In this document: in pieces, positions 37,716-49,663 of the stretch
Position numbering within the stretch: the stretch's first letter is position 1
How the letters are laid out: the number at the start of each line of letters is the position of its first letter
Notes under the pieces: generated by a model
The model's input: the letters and a program-made list of their open reading frames with translations, nothing else
What the model was told of the DNA's origin: nothing
Databases searched by the model: none
Origin: a bacterium
GTDB lineage: Bacteria; Zhuqueibacterota; Zhuqueibacteria; Residuimicrobiales; Krinioviventaceae
Direction of reading: 5' to 3'
DNA length: 64,000 nt
Assembly: GCA_963675755.2 (NCBI GenBank)
Contig: CAXXMD010000003.1
Coordinates: forward strand, 1,664,001 to 1,728,000
Position numbers and translations under genes: made by a program

Positions 37716-40274
37716 TTAACCCTTGTACCAGGTGATCAGGCCCATTTCGTGCGGGTTTTTCAAGTTCTCATGGAAAGGCAGTACCCGCAGAGAAAAGCCA
37801 TGCTGTCCGGTATGATTACAGGGTATTTCTGCTTTGTAGTTATAAACACTGTCAGTGGGTGTGCCTTCAGGTTTCATAGAAACCGTTTCACCGGCGGTGA
37901 TTTCACCTTCACTGTCCAGTCTTCCGTAATAAATCTCTATATTTACATCTTGTGGTTTAATGTTTTTCATGTCCAAAGTTGCGGTAATTGAAAAATTATC
38001 ACCAACAGAGATTTCCTGGAAATTATCTGATGTTACTTTTACTATTTTAATATGGTTCCAGTTTTTAACCATATTACTTTTCCATTTGGAAAGGCCTTTG
38101 GTTATTGCGAAATTATTTTCGCTGAATTGGAACCATTGTTCGGCAGAGGGTTGGTAATATTTTTGTAAATATTCACGAACCATTCTGTTTGTATTATAAA
38201 CGGGTGATACCTCTTTGATGATGTTTTTCATCATACTGATCCAGTCTCTTGGCAGATTATTCTTGCTGCGTCGATAAAAAGTAGGTATCACGTCATTTTC
38301 AAGTAAATGATAAAGAGCCGCAGATTCTAAAAGATCCTGTTCTTCTGTGTCTGAATATTCTTCGCCTTGGCCAATTGCCCAGCCAATACCGGTGTTGTAT
38401 GCTTCATCCCACCAGCCGTCAAGAATGCTCAGGTTTAATGCGCCATTCGCGCCAGCTTTCATTCCGCTGGTACCACTTGCCTCACGGGGACGTCTTGGGT
38501 TGTTGAGCCAAACATCCACACCTTGCACCAGGTATGAACCTAGTGTAATGTCATAATTTTCTAAAAAGACAATCTTGTGTCTGAATTCTTCCTGGCGAAT
38601 AACACTAGTAATATCCTGAATGATTCCTTTACCTATCTTGTCTCTTGGGTGTGCTTTACCCGCAAAAATAATCTGAACAGGCATATCTTTATTATTCAGG
38701 ATCTTGTCTAATCGTTCTGTATCTTTAAAGAGCAAATACGCGCGTTTATATTGAGCAAAGCGCCTTGCAAATCCAATAGTTAGTGCTTCAGGATCAAGAA
38801 CTTCGCTTGCAATTTCAATTTCTTTTTTGCTTGCACCTGACCGCACCATGTGTTTGTGCAGTCGGTTTCGGGCAATGGCAACCAACCGTTCCCGGCGTCT
38901 TTCATGTGTTCGCCACAACTCTTCGTCAGGAATAAGATCAATCTTGGGCCATTGCGATTCGTCCAATGGATTTCTGTACCAATAAGGTCCCAGATAACGG
39001 CTGAACAATTCGGCCATATCTTCTGATATCCATGAACGGATATGAACGCCATTGGTAACATGCCCAATAGGAACTTCGTCTTTGGGAAGTTCGGGCCATA
39101 AATAATGCCACATGTCGCGTGCAACCTGGCCGTGTAGTTTACTAACACCATTGCAGGCACCGGCAAAGTTTATAGCGAAAATTGCCATATTGAACTTACC
39201 ACCAGTTTCCTCAAAGTGCGTACCACCAAACCGATAAAATTGTTCTCTGGATAAAGATAGCGCATCTATATAGCTGCCCAAATAAGTATCCATTAACTGA
39301 ATGTCAAATTCGTCTATACCTGCAGGTACCGGGGTGTGGGTTGTAAAAACACTGCTAACCTTGACCGCTTCGGTAGCTTCGGAAAAATTCATTTTTTGCT
39401 CTTGCATCAACTGATGTAAACGTTCAATCACAAGAAACGCAGAGTGACCTTCGTTCATGTGGCAAATATCTGGTCTTATTCCAAGGGCATCCAGGGCTCT
39501 TACGCCTCCTATACCCAAAAGCAGTTCCTGTTTGATACGGTTTTCATTGTCTCCACCGTAAAGCTGTGCGGTTATGGTGCGGTACTGCGGATCGTTATCT
39601 TGAATATTAGTATCTAAAAGGTAAAGGGGTACACGGCCTACCTGACATCTCCAGATTTGCGCATAAACTTTACCTTCAGGATAGTCGACAGAGATTTTTA
39701 CTGGCTCACCGTTTTCGTCCCGTTCCAGTTTGACCGGAAGATTGTAAAAATCATTCAGAGGATATGTTTCCTGTTGCCAGCCATCCCTGGCAAGGTATTG
39801 TTGAAAATATCCCTGTTGATACAACAAGCCCACACCTACAAGTGGAATCCCCAAATCACTGGCTGATTTTAAATGGTCACCAGCCAGAATTCCTAATCCA
39901 CCGGAATAGATGGGAAGGCCGTTTGCCAGACCAAATTCCATGGAAAAGTAAGCAAAGCGGGTATTTTTTAATTTTATATTTTCAGAGTACCATGTCTTTC
40001 GTTCCATATAGTCAGACAGTTTGTTCTGTACTCTGTTAAGAAAAGCCAAAAATCCTTCGTCCTGGGAAAAGGTTTGCAATTTTTCCTGATCAAGCTGCCC
40101 CAGCAATACAATGGGGTTACGGTTTGAGGCTTCCCACAAATCAGGATCCAGACGTCTGAAAATGGAACGGGATTCATGGTCCCAACTCCAATACAAGTTA
40201 TATGCAAGTTCTTTGAGAAATTCAAGGTTTTCCGGTAGCGTAGACACTACTTGATAATTTTTAATAGTATACAT
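37716..40274 (-). CDS. glgP: Alpha-glucan (glycogen) phosphorylase
   Basis: YFSMEFG..YSGGLGILAGDHLKSASD, HMNEGH, FARRFAQYKR, EASGTSGMK; ATG 40274 after agga. Confidence 0.95.
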   Translation of the reverse strand: MYTIKNYQVVSTLPENLEFLKELAYNLYWSWDHESRSIFRRLDPDLWEASNRNPIVLLGQLDQEKLQTFSQDEGFLAFLNRVQNKLSDYMERKTWYSENIKLKNTRFAYFSMEFGLANGLPIYSGGLGILAGDHLKSASDLGIPLVGVGLLYQQGYFQQYLARDGWQQETYPLNDFYNLPVKLERDENGEPVKISVDYPEGKVYAQIWRCQVGRVPLYLLDTNIQDNDPQYRTITAQLYGGDNENRIKQELLLGIGGVRALDALGIRPDICHMNEGHSAFLVIERLHQLMQEQKMNFSEATEAVKVSSVFTTHTPVPAGIDEFDIQLMDTYLGSYIDALSLSREQFYRFGGTHFEETGGKFNMAIFAINFAGACNGVSKLHGQVARDMWHYLWPELPKDEVPIGHVTNGVHIRSWISEDMAELFSRYLGPYWYRNPLDESQWPKIDLIPDEELWRTHERRRERLVAIARNRLHKHMVRSGASKKEIEIASEVLDPEALTIGFARRFAQYKRAYLLFKDTERLDKILNNKDMPVQIIFAGKAHPRDKIGKGIIQDITSVIRQEEFRHKIVFLENYDITLGSYLVQGVDVWLNNPRRPREASGTSGMKAGANGALNLSILDGWWDEAYNTGIGWAIGQGEEYSDTEEQDLLESAALYHLLENDVIPTFYRRSKNNLPRDWISMMKNIIKEVSPVYNTNRMVREYLQKYYQPSAEQWFQFSENNFAITKGLSKWKSNMVKNWNHIKIVKVTSDNFQEISVGDNFSITATLDMKNIKPQDVNIEIYYGRLDSEGEITAGETVSMKPEGTPTDSVYNYKAEIPCNHTGQHGFSLRVLPFHENLKNPHEMGLITWYKG

Positions 40275-40386
40275 AAAAATTCCTGTAAAAATTTTCATAT
40301 TTTTATCTGCAAATCGAGCAAACTAAAGGTAAATAAAAATAACCCTTGATACAATAGAAAAATGGTAAAAAATTAATAGTGTCGGG

Positions 40387-40700
40387 TTGTTAAAAAGTGT
40401 TGTGATAAATTGTGGCATAACCCTTGCTTTAATAGGGTATGGAATGAGACACAATACAAGGTAAACGCTTGTTCCGGATTAATAGAAAAAAGGCCAAGAT
40501 AGAAACCGCCATAAAACAATAAAAAACAAATAATTATAAATATGAAAAAAATAAGGAAAAATATCGAATGGAAGGAGGTGGGGAACAAGAGTTCAATTAC
40601 TAATTTGTGATTGTATCACTTTAGAGTTACCGTTTCAACAAGAAACACTTTTTTAACAAAACCGCTTGTACCATTAAATCGTAGTTACTTTTTAACAAAA
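40387..40700. promoter_or_regulatory. Divergent intergenic region with repeated TTGTTAAAAAGT motif
   Basis: ttgttaaaaagt at 40387, exact reverse complement at 40687, near copy (one extra T) at 40647. Confidence 0.3.
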
Positions 40701-40706
40701 TTATAA

Positions 40707-42131
40707 ATGGAGGGTATGATGAAACACTCATCAACCATACCAGTCCTGATTATAACCCTGATTCTGATCGGAACGATGCTGGTTCCGGGTTTTTCGGCAA
40801 CAACCGATACACTGAGAGTTACAGACAGTTACGGGTTACCGGGTCAGGCAGGTACTTTTGCTATAGTACTTTCAAACACGACGACAATTAAGGGTTTGTA
40901 TTTTACCCTTACGGACTTTCCAGATTCTTTATCGGTAACCGATGTTGCTTTAACAACAAAGTCTGCCAACTTTCGGGTAGATACTACACAAGCTGATGGA
41001 ACATTAAAAGTATTAATGCTTCCCGTTGATCCTGCTGGAACATTGCTTGTACCTAAGACAAATGCAACTGGTGACACAATTTTGATGGTCACTGTAGATG
41101 TTGCTGATGGTGCAACCGGTGGAACAACAGCAAACATGACTTTGAATAATGTTAAAATGGCAAACGGGACAAATGGCGTAATGACCTTTATTAAAGATAA
41201 TGGAAAATTTTGGTTTGGTAAAAAATTGGATGTTATCTATAACGGTGTAGTAGATTTGTTTGACGTTTTGCGTATTGTTGACATTGCACTTGATCGTGGT
41301 GACCCACCCACTTCTTATGAACTTTGGGCAGCCGATTGGGATGATGACGGTTTAATTACCGTTGTTGATATTGGTGAAGCCATGGACCAGGCAGTTGCTC
41401 CTTCTTCTGCCAGAGTAACTCCATTGAGCAAATCTGCCGGCAGTGTAAAAGTTTCTTTACCTGCATTGCCTGCCAACTTTGTAGGTAAAATTGATGTACC
41501 CGTTACTGTCAATACTTCAGCAGCATTACATGGTTTACAGTTTGAGCTCGAGATGGAATCTGATAATTATGTTGTTGGATCACCCAGCACAACAAGTGCT
41601 TCTTCAGGTATGAGTATTGTCAGTAGAAAAGCTGGAAAAAAATTAAATGTAATTATGTGTGGCCTTGAAGGACAATCCGTGTCTATGGGTGAATCAACAG
41701 TTATGACAATTCCTGTTACAATCCGCAAGGCTTTGAATGAAACATCTACAATTTCTATCAATAACGCAATTGCTGGTTCTGCCAATGGAACTGCTCTGCA
41801 GACCATGACCGGACAAAGCTCTGATGTTTCTATTGTTCCTCAAACATTTGCTTTGCATCAGAACAGCCCGAATCCGTTCAATATGAACACAACAATTACT
41901 TTTGATGTGCCAAGCCTTGAAAATGGCTCAGTACCCGTTAAAATGGAAATCTTTAACACCCGTGGTCAGTTGGTAAAAACACTGGTAGATCATAGCAAGT
42001 CAGCTGGTCGTTATACTGTTCATTGGAATGGTTCTGACGATTATGGCAGAGAAGTTTCTTCAGGTGTTTATTTTTACAGATTTTCAGCCAGAGACGTGGT
42101 CTTGACTAAAAAACTGGCAATCATGAAATAA
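40707..42131 (+). CDS. Secreted cohesin-dockerin-cohesin protein with T9SS-type CTD
   Basis: Cohesin-like IKGLYFTL and LHGLQFEL domains; dockerin repeats DVIYNGVVDLFD and DWDDDGLITVVD; NSPNPFN...SSGVYFYR CTD; true start may be 40716 or 40719. Confidence 0.75.
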   Translation: MEGMMKHSSTIPVLIITLILIGTMLVPGFSATTDTLRVTDSYGLPGQAGTFAIVLSNTTTIKGLYFTLTDFPDSLSVTDVALTTKSANFRVDTTQADGTLKVLMLPVDPAGTLLVPKTNATGDTILMVTVDVADGATGGTTANMTLNNVKMANGTNGVMTFIKDNGKFWFGKKLDVIYNGVVDLFDVLRIVDIALDRGDPPTSYELWAADWDDDGLITVVDIGEAMDQAVAPSSARVTPLSKSAGSVKVSLPALPANFVGKIDVPVTVNTSAALHGLQFELEMESDNYVVGSPSTTSASSGMSIVSRKAGKKLNVIMCGLEGQSVSMGESTVMTIPVTIRKALNETSTISINNAIAGSANGTALQTMTGQSSDVSIVPQTFALHQNSPNPFNMNTTITFDVPSLENGSVPVKMEIFNTRGQLVKTLVDHSKSAGRYTVHWNGSDDYGREVSSGVYFYRFSARDVVLTKKLAIMK

Positions 42132-42182
42132 TTAGCAGGTATAACGAATTGGTAAAAATTAATAAAGAGATAGAGGTTAACA

Positions 42183-43967
42183 ATGAGAATTAAATCCATT
42201 TTCTCGATCATGCTCGTCATCCTGCTTGGCGCATCTATATTGCCTTTGGGTGCTGTCACCATAGTGGATGATTTTAACCGGGCTTCATTAGGATCAAACT
42301 GGTCTGCTGATCCCGAATATGCTATTGTAAGTAATACATTGTCAAACACTTCAACCGTTGGTTCCTGGGAATATGTTGCTGTATATACAGCCCAGGCAAG
42401 TCCTTCTGAAGTATCTATGACATTTGCTTCTACCGCTACAACAGCAGGTGCAAACGCATCTGGTCTTTGTATGTTCTTGTCTTCTTCAAACGTATCAAAT
42501 GCTGAAGGTTACATGGTAATGCGTCGTAATGAATACCTGTACCTGCTTCCTGTTGTAAATGGTGATGTAATTCGCGAGACTGAAATTGCCAAAGTTACAG
42601 CTACACTTACTTCACCAACTGCTGGTGACAAGATTACGGTTGCTGCATCATCTGACGCTAGCGGTTACCACTTTGATTTTTATATCAATGGTAATTTAGA
42701 CGGTCGTGTTACGGATGCCGGCAAATTGTACGGAAACAGCTATTTCTATTATTCCGGTGTTGCTCTTTTTGGTAATTCAAGCAATAATGTTGATGATTTT
42801 ACACTCCGTGCAGAAACAATCGATGTTACTTCACCTTCAGGTGGAGAAGTTTGGTTGGTTGGTTCTACTGAAACTATTTCCTGGGATATTTCCGAATTTT
42901 CTGATGATGTTCAGATTGAATATTCTACAGATAGCGGCGCAACCTGGAACGATATTGTTTCTTCTACAACCAATACCGGTACATATGCATGGACTATTCC
43001 TAATGCTCCCTCTGAGAACTGTCTTGTAAGAGTTTCTGATGCTGCTGATGGTGTTCCGTGGGGCATTAGTACAGCTACTTTCCAAATTACCGCAGAAGTT
43101 CAAACAGTAACGGTTACCAGTCCTAACGGTGGCGAAACATGGGCATCAAGCTCTGTTCATGAAATTACCTGGACCTCTGAAGGTACAATTGCAAATGTTG
43201 CAATCTCTTATTCAACTGATAGCGGAGCCAACTGGAGCTCTATTGTTGCCAGCACACCGAATGATGGTAGCTACTCTTGGACAGTTCCAACAGTTACTAC
43301 TGCTGCAGCGTTAATCAGGGTTCAAGATACTGATGCAACCCCAACTGATCAGAGTGATGCAGTATTTAATATTTCATCTTCTCAGGTTGTATTGTCAGTA
43401 CAGAGCGGTAGTGGTGAACAAGATGAAGATGTAACAATCAATGTTTTGCTTGAAAACCAGGTTCCTATTCGTGGTGTATTGTTCCGTTTGACAGACACTC
43501 CTAACGAATTGACTGCAACAGATGTGCTTGGTGTTGGCCGTGCATCTACTTTTGATGTAACTTTTGATGAATCTGGAACTTATGTACAGGTTCTGATAGC
43601 CAATACAACATCATTTACTTCTATTGCTGCAGGCTCAGGCGCTATTGCTCAAATTAATTTCCACATTGATGCTGGTGTTACTTATGGTACAACATCATCT
43701 TTGACTTTTTCAAATGTAGCATTGTCTGATGACAACAACCAGGCCGTTGTTCCTTCACTGGTTTCCGGTTTGTTCCATTACGTTCTTACCGGTGATATTG
43801 TACCTACTGGTACTGTTGACAACGATGATATCGATCGTATGGCTGAAATCATTTTGGGAACCGGAGATCCGGCGACTGATATTGAACGTTTGGCTGGTGA
43901 TATTGATCAGGACGGTGACATTGATGTTTACGATGCGCTTGCAGTAGTAGATTTGGCTAATCCATAA
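42183..43967 (+). CDS. Secreted protein: lectin-like domain, two Ser/Thr-rich Ig-like repeats, cohesin, C-terminal dockerin; no CTD
   Basis: DDFNRASLGSNW; two VTSPxGGExW..YSTDSGAxW repeats; IRGVLFRLTD cohesin; GDIVPTGTVDNDD and GDIDQDGDIDVYD dockerin. Confidence 0.75.
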   Translation: MRIKSIFSIMLVILLGASILPLGAVTIVDDFNRASLGSNWSADPEYAIVSNTLSNTSTVGSWEYVAVYTAQASPSEVSMTFASTATTAGANASGLCMFLSSSNVSNAEGYMVMRRNEYLYLLPVVNGDVIRETEIAKVTATLTSPTAGDKITVAASSDASGYHFDFYINGNLDGRVTDAGKLYGNSYFYYSGVALFGNSSNNVDDFTLRAETIDVTSPSGGEVWLVGSTETISWDISEFSDDVQIEYSTDSGATWNDIVSSTTNTGTYAWTIPNAPSENCLVRVSDAADGVPWGISTATFQITAEVQTVTVTSPNGGETWASSSVHEITWTSEGTIANVAISYSTDSGANWSSIVASTPNDGSYSWTVPTVTTAAALIRVQDTDATPTDQSDAVFNISSSQVVLSVQSGSGEQDEDVTINVLLENQVPIRGVLFRLTDTPNELTATDVLGVGRASTFDVTFDESGTYVQVLIANTTSFTSIAAGSGAIAQINFHIDAGVTYGTTSSLTFSNVALSDDNNQAVVPSLVSGLFHYVLTGDIVPTGTVDNDDIDRMAEIILGTGDPATDIERLAGDIDQDGDIDVYDALAVVDLANP

Positions 43968-43991
43968 TAGATTAATGAATAGATGAATTTG

Positions 43992-44017
43992 GGGAGCAGT
44001 AAGTAAGTGCTGCTCCC
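43992..44017 (+). terminator. Intergenic hairpin (weak terminator or mRNA stabiliser)
   Basis: gggagcagta-agtaag-tgctgctccc; no T-tract. Confidence 0.45.
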
Positions 44018-44060
44018 ATATATATTAACCAATCAATTTTAAATTGTTTTGGGGTGAGAG

Positions 44061-44846
44061 ATGAAAGTTTACAAGATACTGATTTTATTAATGATTGCTG
44101 CAGGCAGCGTCTTTGCAGGAGTCAACTCGTTAAGTTTAAGTAACGGAAGCGGTACACCCGGAAGTGTTGGTAATTTGGTGTCACTGAATCTTACAAATGA
44201 AGATACAATACGGGGTATTCAATTCCGTTTAATAGATAATAGCGATTATTTGACAGTTGATTCTGTTTGGACAGAAAACATTCAGAGATCTCAAGTGTTC
44301 TCTTATAACTATTATTCTGAAATAAACACATCGGAAATTCTTTTATTACAAAGTAAAACCAGAACCATTGAGCCACAAACAGGTAATATTCTTTATATCA
44401 CCTATAGTGTGTCTGAGGATGCACCAGCCGGTCAGGAATATGAATTAATCTTTGAAGAGGTTACTGTTTCTGATGTTGATAATAAAAAATTACCTTACAC
44501 CCTGTCTAACAGTAGTTTTTTAATTAAAACGATTGATACAGGCATTAATGATGGTTCCAAAACCGTTACACAATTTGAACTTGCACAAAACTATCCCAAT
44601 CCGTTTAATCCCAATACACGTATTCAGTACAGTATTGCTGCTGCTGAACATGTAAAGTTGGAGATCTTTAATGCATTGGGACAAAAAGTACGCTCTCTGG
44701 TAGACCAGCCCATGCAAGCCGGAAAGTATAGTGTAATGTGGAATGGTATGAATGACAAAGGATTTCAGGTACCTTCAGGAGTATATTTTTACAGCATTCA
44801 CGCTGGAGATTTTAAAGATACTAAATCTTTAACCTTGATGAAGTAA
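44061..44846 (+). CDS. Secreted single-cohesin protein with T9SS-type CTD
   Basis: Signal peptide; IRGIQFRL cohesin-like domain; NYPNPFNP...PSGVYFY..KSLTLMK. Confidence 0.75.
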   Translation: MKVYKILILLMIAAGSVFAGVNSLSLSNGSGTPGSVGNLVSLNLTNEDTIRGIQFRLIDNSDYLTVDSVWTENIQRSQVFSYNYYSEINTSEILLLQSKTRTIEPQTGNILYITYSVSEDAPAGQEYELIFEEVTVSDVDNKKLPYTLSNSSFLIKTIDTGINDGSKTVTQFELAQNYPNPFNPNTRIQYSIAAAEHVKLEIFNALGQKVRSLVDQPMQAGKYSVMWNGMNDKGFQVPSGVYFYSIHAGDFKDTKSLTLMK

Positions 44847-44850
44847 ATTT

Positions 44851-44880
44851 AGCCCGGTGATAGTGAATCATCGGGCTTTA
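44851..44880. terminator. Probable bidirectional terminator
   Basis: agcccggtgat...atcatcgggct between convergent genes. Confidence 0.6.
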
Positions 44881-45693
44881 TTATTTAGACAGGGTTGATT
44901 TCAATGTAGTAAATTCCGGGGTGTTTTCTACAAGAGATGATGTTATAACTAGCTTGTCAATATCCTGATTGATATTTGCCATCCTGCGCTCTGGAAAGGG
45001 ATGTGTTTTTTGTAAAAGAGCAACAAGACTGGGGCTGTTTACGATAGCCGTTTTTATGTTATCCAGATATTTTACAACACCTTTAGGATTATAGTTTGCA
45101 CGAAAAACGTATTCAATGGCTTTTTCATCTGCCGCTAGTTCAGATTCTCGGGAATAGTTTAATATTGATTCGTTTGTAGACAGTTTTTCAATAATTTGCA
45201 GTGTAATTTCCGGATTATATCCCAACACACTCTGAGCTGCAAATGCATACGGATACATGCTGTAAATTCGCAAAAGTCCGTCCCGGGCAGAGATATGGGC
45301 GATTTCATGAGCAATTACAAATGCTATTTCGTTCAGATTTTGAGATGCTTCAATCAAGCCCCGGTAAATATAAATATGACCTCCCGGAAAAGAAAAGTGG
45401 TTCAAATCCGGTTTGTCAACAATATATACCTGACAATCAAAACTTTGGACTTCAGCATACTTGCTCAGACTATCTGCAATGACGTTCAGGTATTGAACCA
45501 GCGGCTCGTTATTCACCAGAGTGGTGTTTGCATTGTATTCCTTTGAAAGTTCTGTACCCATAAATATTTCTTCAGATACCGGAACAAATCCGGGTAATGA
45601 AGATGTGTCTTGATTTGTACCTGCGCAGGAAAAGGTTAAAACAGCAGCTGTTGTTAGCGCTGCAAAAAGGATTAATGTTCTTTTTATTTTCAT
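44881..45693 (-). CDS. M48 family metallopeptidase lipoprotein
   Basis: Lipobox LTFS-C, FPGGHIYIYRGLI, HEIAH, YSRESELAAD, THP..ERR. Confidence 0.88.
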   Translation of the reverse strand: MKIKRTLILFAALTTAAVLTFSCAGTNQDTSSLPGFVPVSEEIFMGTELSKEYNANTTLVNNEPLVQYLNVIADSLSKYAEVQSFDCQVYIVDKPDLNHFSFPGGHIYIYRGLIEASQNLNEIAFVIAHEIAHISARDGLLRIYSMYPYAFAAQSVLGYNPEITLQIIEKLSTNESILNYSRESELAADEKAIEYVFRANYNPKGVVKYLDNIKTAIVNSPSLVALLQKTHPFPERRMANINQDIDKLVITSSLVENTPEFTTLKSTLSK

Positions 45694-45697
45694 ATTG

Positions 45698-47716
<2,019 letters not shown>

Positions 47717-47770
47717 TCAGTTTGATTTGCAGAGTTAATAAATAAAAAAACAGAGACAATTTCAACCTAT

Positions 47771-48685
47771 TTATTTGCCGCGTTTAAACACTTTACCGAT
47801 TAATGCTTTAATAATATACATGGCTATTTTAGGATTCTCTTTAAGCCGGCGCATGGAATAAGCATACCATTTTACTCCATAAGGAACATAAACTCGCAGC
47901 ACATGTCCTTCATCGATAAGGATTTTACGCAACTCTTCTTCCACACCCAAAAGCATTTGAAATTCGTAATCGTCATGTTCAAGACCAAGCTGATCGATTA
48001 ATTCAAGGGTTTCCCATACAATCTGTTCGTCATGTGTGGCAACCCCCACATAGCACGAAGTGGAAAGCGCTTTGTAAAGCAAATAGCCAAAATTCTGGTT
48101 TACAATTCTGGGATCTTTGAATGCATGTGCACGGGGTTCGTTGTAAATACCTTTGCACAATCTGAAATTTGTACCCAGACCAATCAGATCATTTATGTCA
48201 GCAACACTGCGACGCAAGTAGGCTTGCAATACAATGCCAACATTATCAAATTCACTTTCCAATCTTTTGAATAGCGCAATAGTGTCTGATGTGCAGGTAA
48301 CATCTTCCATGTCAATACGCACAAAGATATCCAGTGATTTTGCCTTTTCAACAATTATCTTGATGTTTTGATAACATGCTTCTTTGTCAATCAAGAGTCC
48401 TAGTTGAGTAGGTTTGAGAGAAATGTTACAGTTTAGGTTTTCGGTGATGATGGTGTCTAGAACGGTTAGGTATTCGGTAACTGCTGCTTTGCACTCGTCA
48501 AGTTCTTTTGCGCTTTCCCCCAGAACATCCATTGTACAGACGGCACCCTGAGAATTGAGGTCTTTGACGGCAACGACCGCATCCTTGAGGTGAGGACCCG
48601 CAACATATGGTTTGGATACAATACGGACTATAGGTTTGGGAACAAGAGGCATTAACCTGACGATGAGATGATGAAGAATCTGCAT
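47771..48685 (-). CDS. Proline dehydrogenase (monofunctional)
   Basis: ISLKPTQLG, VRIDMED, LQAYLRR, RLCKGIY, ATHD, RVYVPYG..WYAYSMRRLKENP. Confidence 0.92.
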   Translation of the reverse strand: MQILHHLIVRLMPLVPKPIVRIVSKPYVAGPHLKDAVVAVKDLNSQGAVCTMDVLGESAKELDECKAAVTEYLTVLDTIITENLNCNISLKPTQLGLLIDKEACYQNIKIIVEKAKSLDIFVRIDMEDVTCTSDTIALFKRLESEFDNVGIVLQAYLRRSVADINDLIGLGTNFRLCKGIYNEPRAHAFKDPRIVNQNFGYLLYKALSTSCYVGVATHDEQIVWETLELIDQLGLEHDDYEFQMLLGVEEELRKILIDEGHVLRVYVPYGVKWYAYSMRRLKENPKIAMYIIKALIGKVFKRGK

Positions 48686-48724
48686 TATACGCACCTCATA
48701 TTTCTACAGGAAAGGAATATTCCA

Positions 48725-48753
48725 AACATACACGATTTTTAATTCAGAGTCAA
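48725..48753 (-). promoter_or_regulatory. Putative sigma70-type promoter of proline dehydrogenase
   Basis: Minus strand TTGACT-N17-TATGTT. Confidence 0.5.
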
Positions 48754-48818
48754 GAAAAATCCCGGATCATTTGGCTGTTTTGAGCGTTAGATTGAAAAAA
48801 GTGAATGAAAACTTTTTA

Positions 48819-48847
48819 TTGATTTTGTACCCTAAATGCGTTATATT
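48819..48847 (+). promoter_or_regulatory. Sigma70-type promoter of parA
   Basis: TTGATT-N17-TATATT, same hexamers as upstream of tex. Confidence 0.6.
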
Positions 48848-48883
48848 TTAATTTCTTAAGAATAATGGAGAACACCTGAATAA

Positions 48884-49663
48884 ATGGGCAAAATAATATC
48901 AATAGCAAATCAAAAAGGAGGGGTTGGCAAAACAACAACCTCTGTGAATCTGGCTGCCTGCCTTGCGGTAGCTGAATTCAATACATTGCTTGTTGATATG
49001 GACCCACAGGCTAATAGTGTCAGTGGTTTGGGCTTTAATTCCAAAGATATGAGCAAAACCATATATGACGCAATTATAAATGAAGACAAGCCTCAGGATA
49101 TAATTATTGATACAGAGCTTGATTATTTAAAGCTCTTGCCATCGTCAATCAACCTGGTTGGCGCTGAAGTTGAACTGGTATCTGCAATTTCACGCGAGCA
49201 CAAATTAAAGCAAGCGTTAAAGCAGATAAAAGATGACTTTGATTATATCTTGATTGATTGTCCACCCTCATTGGGTTTATTGACAGTTAATGCATTAACA
49301 GCATCGGATTCTGTGTTGATCCCTATCCAGTGTGAATATTATGCTTTGGAAGGATTGGGTCAACTGTTAAACACTATACGTTTGGTGCAAAAGCACTTGA
49401 ATAAAGAGCTAGAGATAGAAGGTGTGTTATTGACGATGTACGATTCTCGCCTGAATCTATCACGCCAGGTTGCAGAAGATGTACGAAAATATTTTGATGG
49501 ACGAGTGTTTAATTCCATAATTACCCGAAATGTACGGTTAAGCGAAGCACCCAGCTTTGGTAAGCCAATTATTTTGTATGATGCTGTTTCCGCAGGAAGT
49601 GAGAACTATATGGGTTTGGCTGAGGAAATAATAAAACATGGCGAACAGAAAAGCGCTGGGTAG
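48884..49663 (+). CDS. parA: Chromosome partitioning ATPase ParA/Soj
   Basis: NQKGGVGKTT, DMDPQAN, IDCPPSLG, QCEYYALEG, RLSEAPSFG. Confidence 0.96.
   Translation: MGKIISIANQKGGVGKTTTSVNLAACLAVAEFNTLLVDMDPQANSVSGLGFNSKDMSKTIYDAIINEDKPQDIIIDTELDYLKLLPSSINLVGAEVELVSAISREHKLKQALKQIKDDFDYILIDCPPSLGLLTVNALTASDSVLIPIQCEYYALEGLGQLLNTIRLVQKHLNKELEIEGVLLTMYDSRLNLSRQVAEDVRKYFDGRVFNSIITRNVRLSEAPSFGKPIILYDAVSAGSENYMGLAEEIIKHGEQKSAG

Noticed and set aside
40373-40588. 71-aa hydrophobic ORF in the divergent intergenic region
   Set aside because: TTG start, T-rich low complexity, no RBS; likely spurious.
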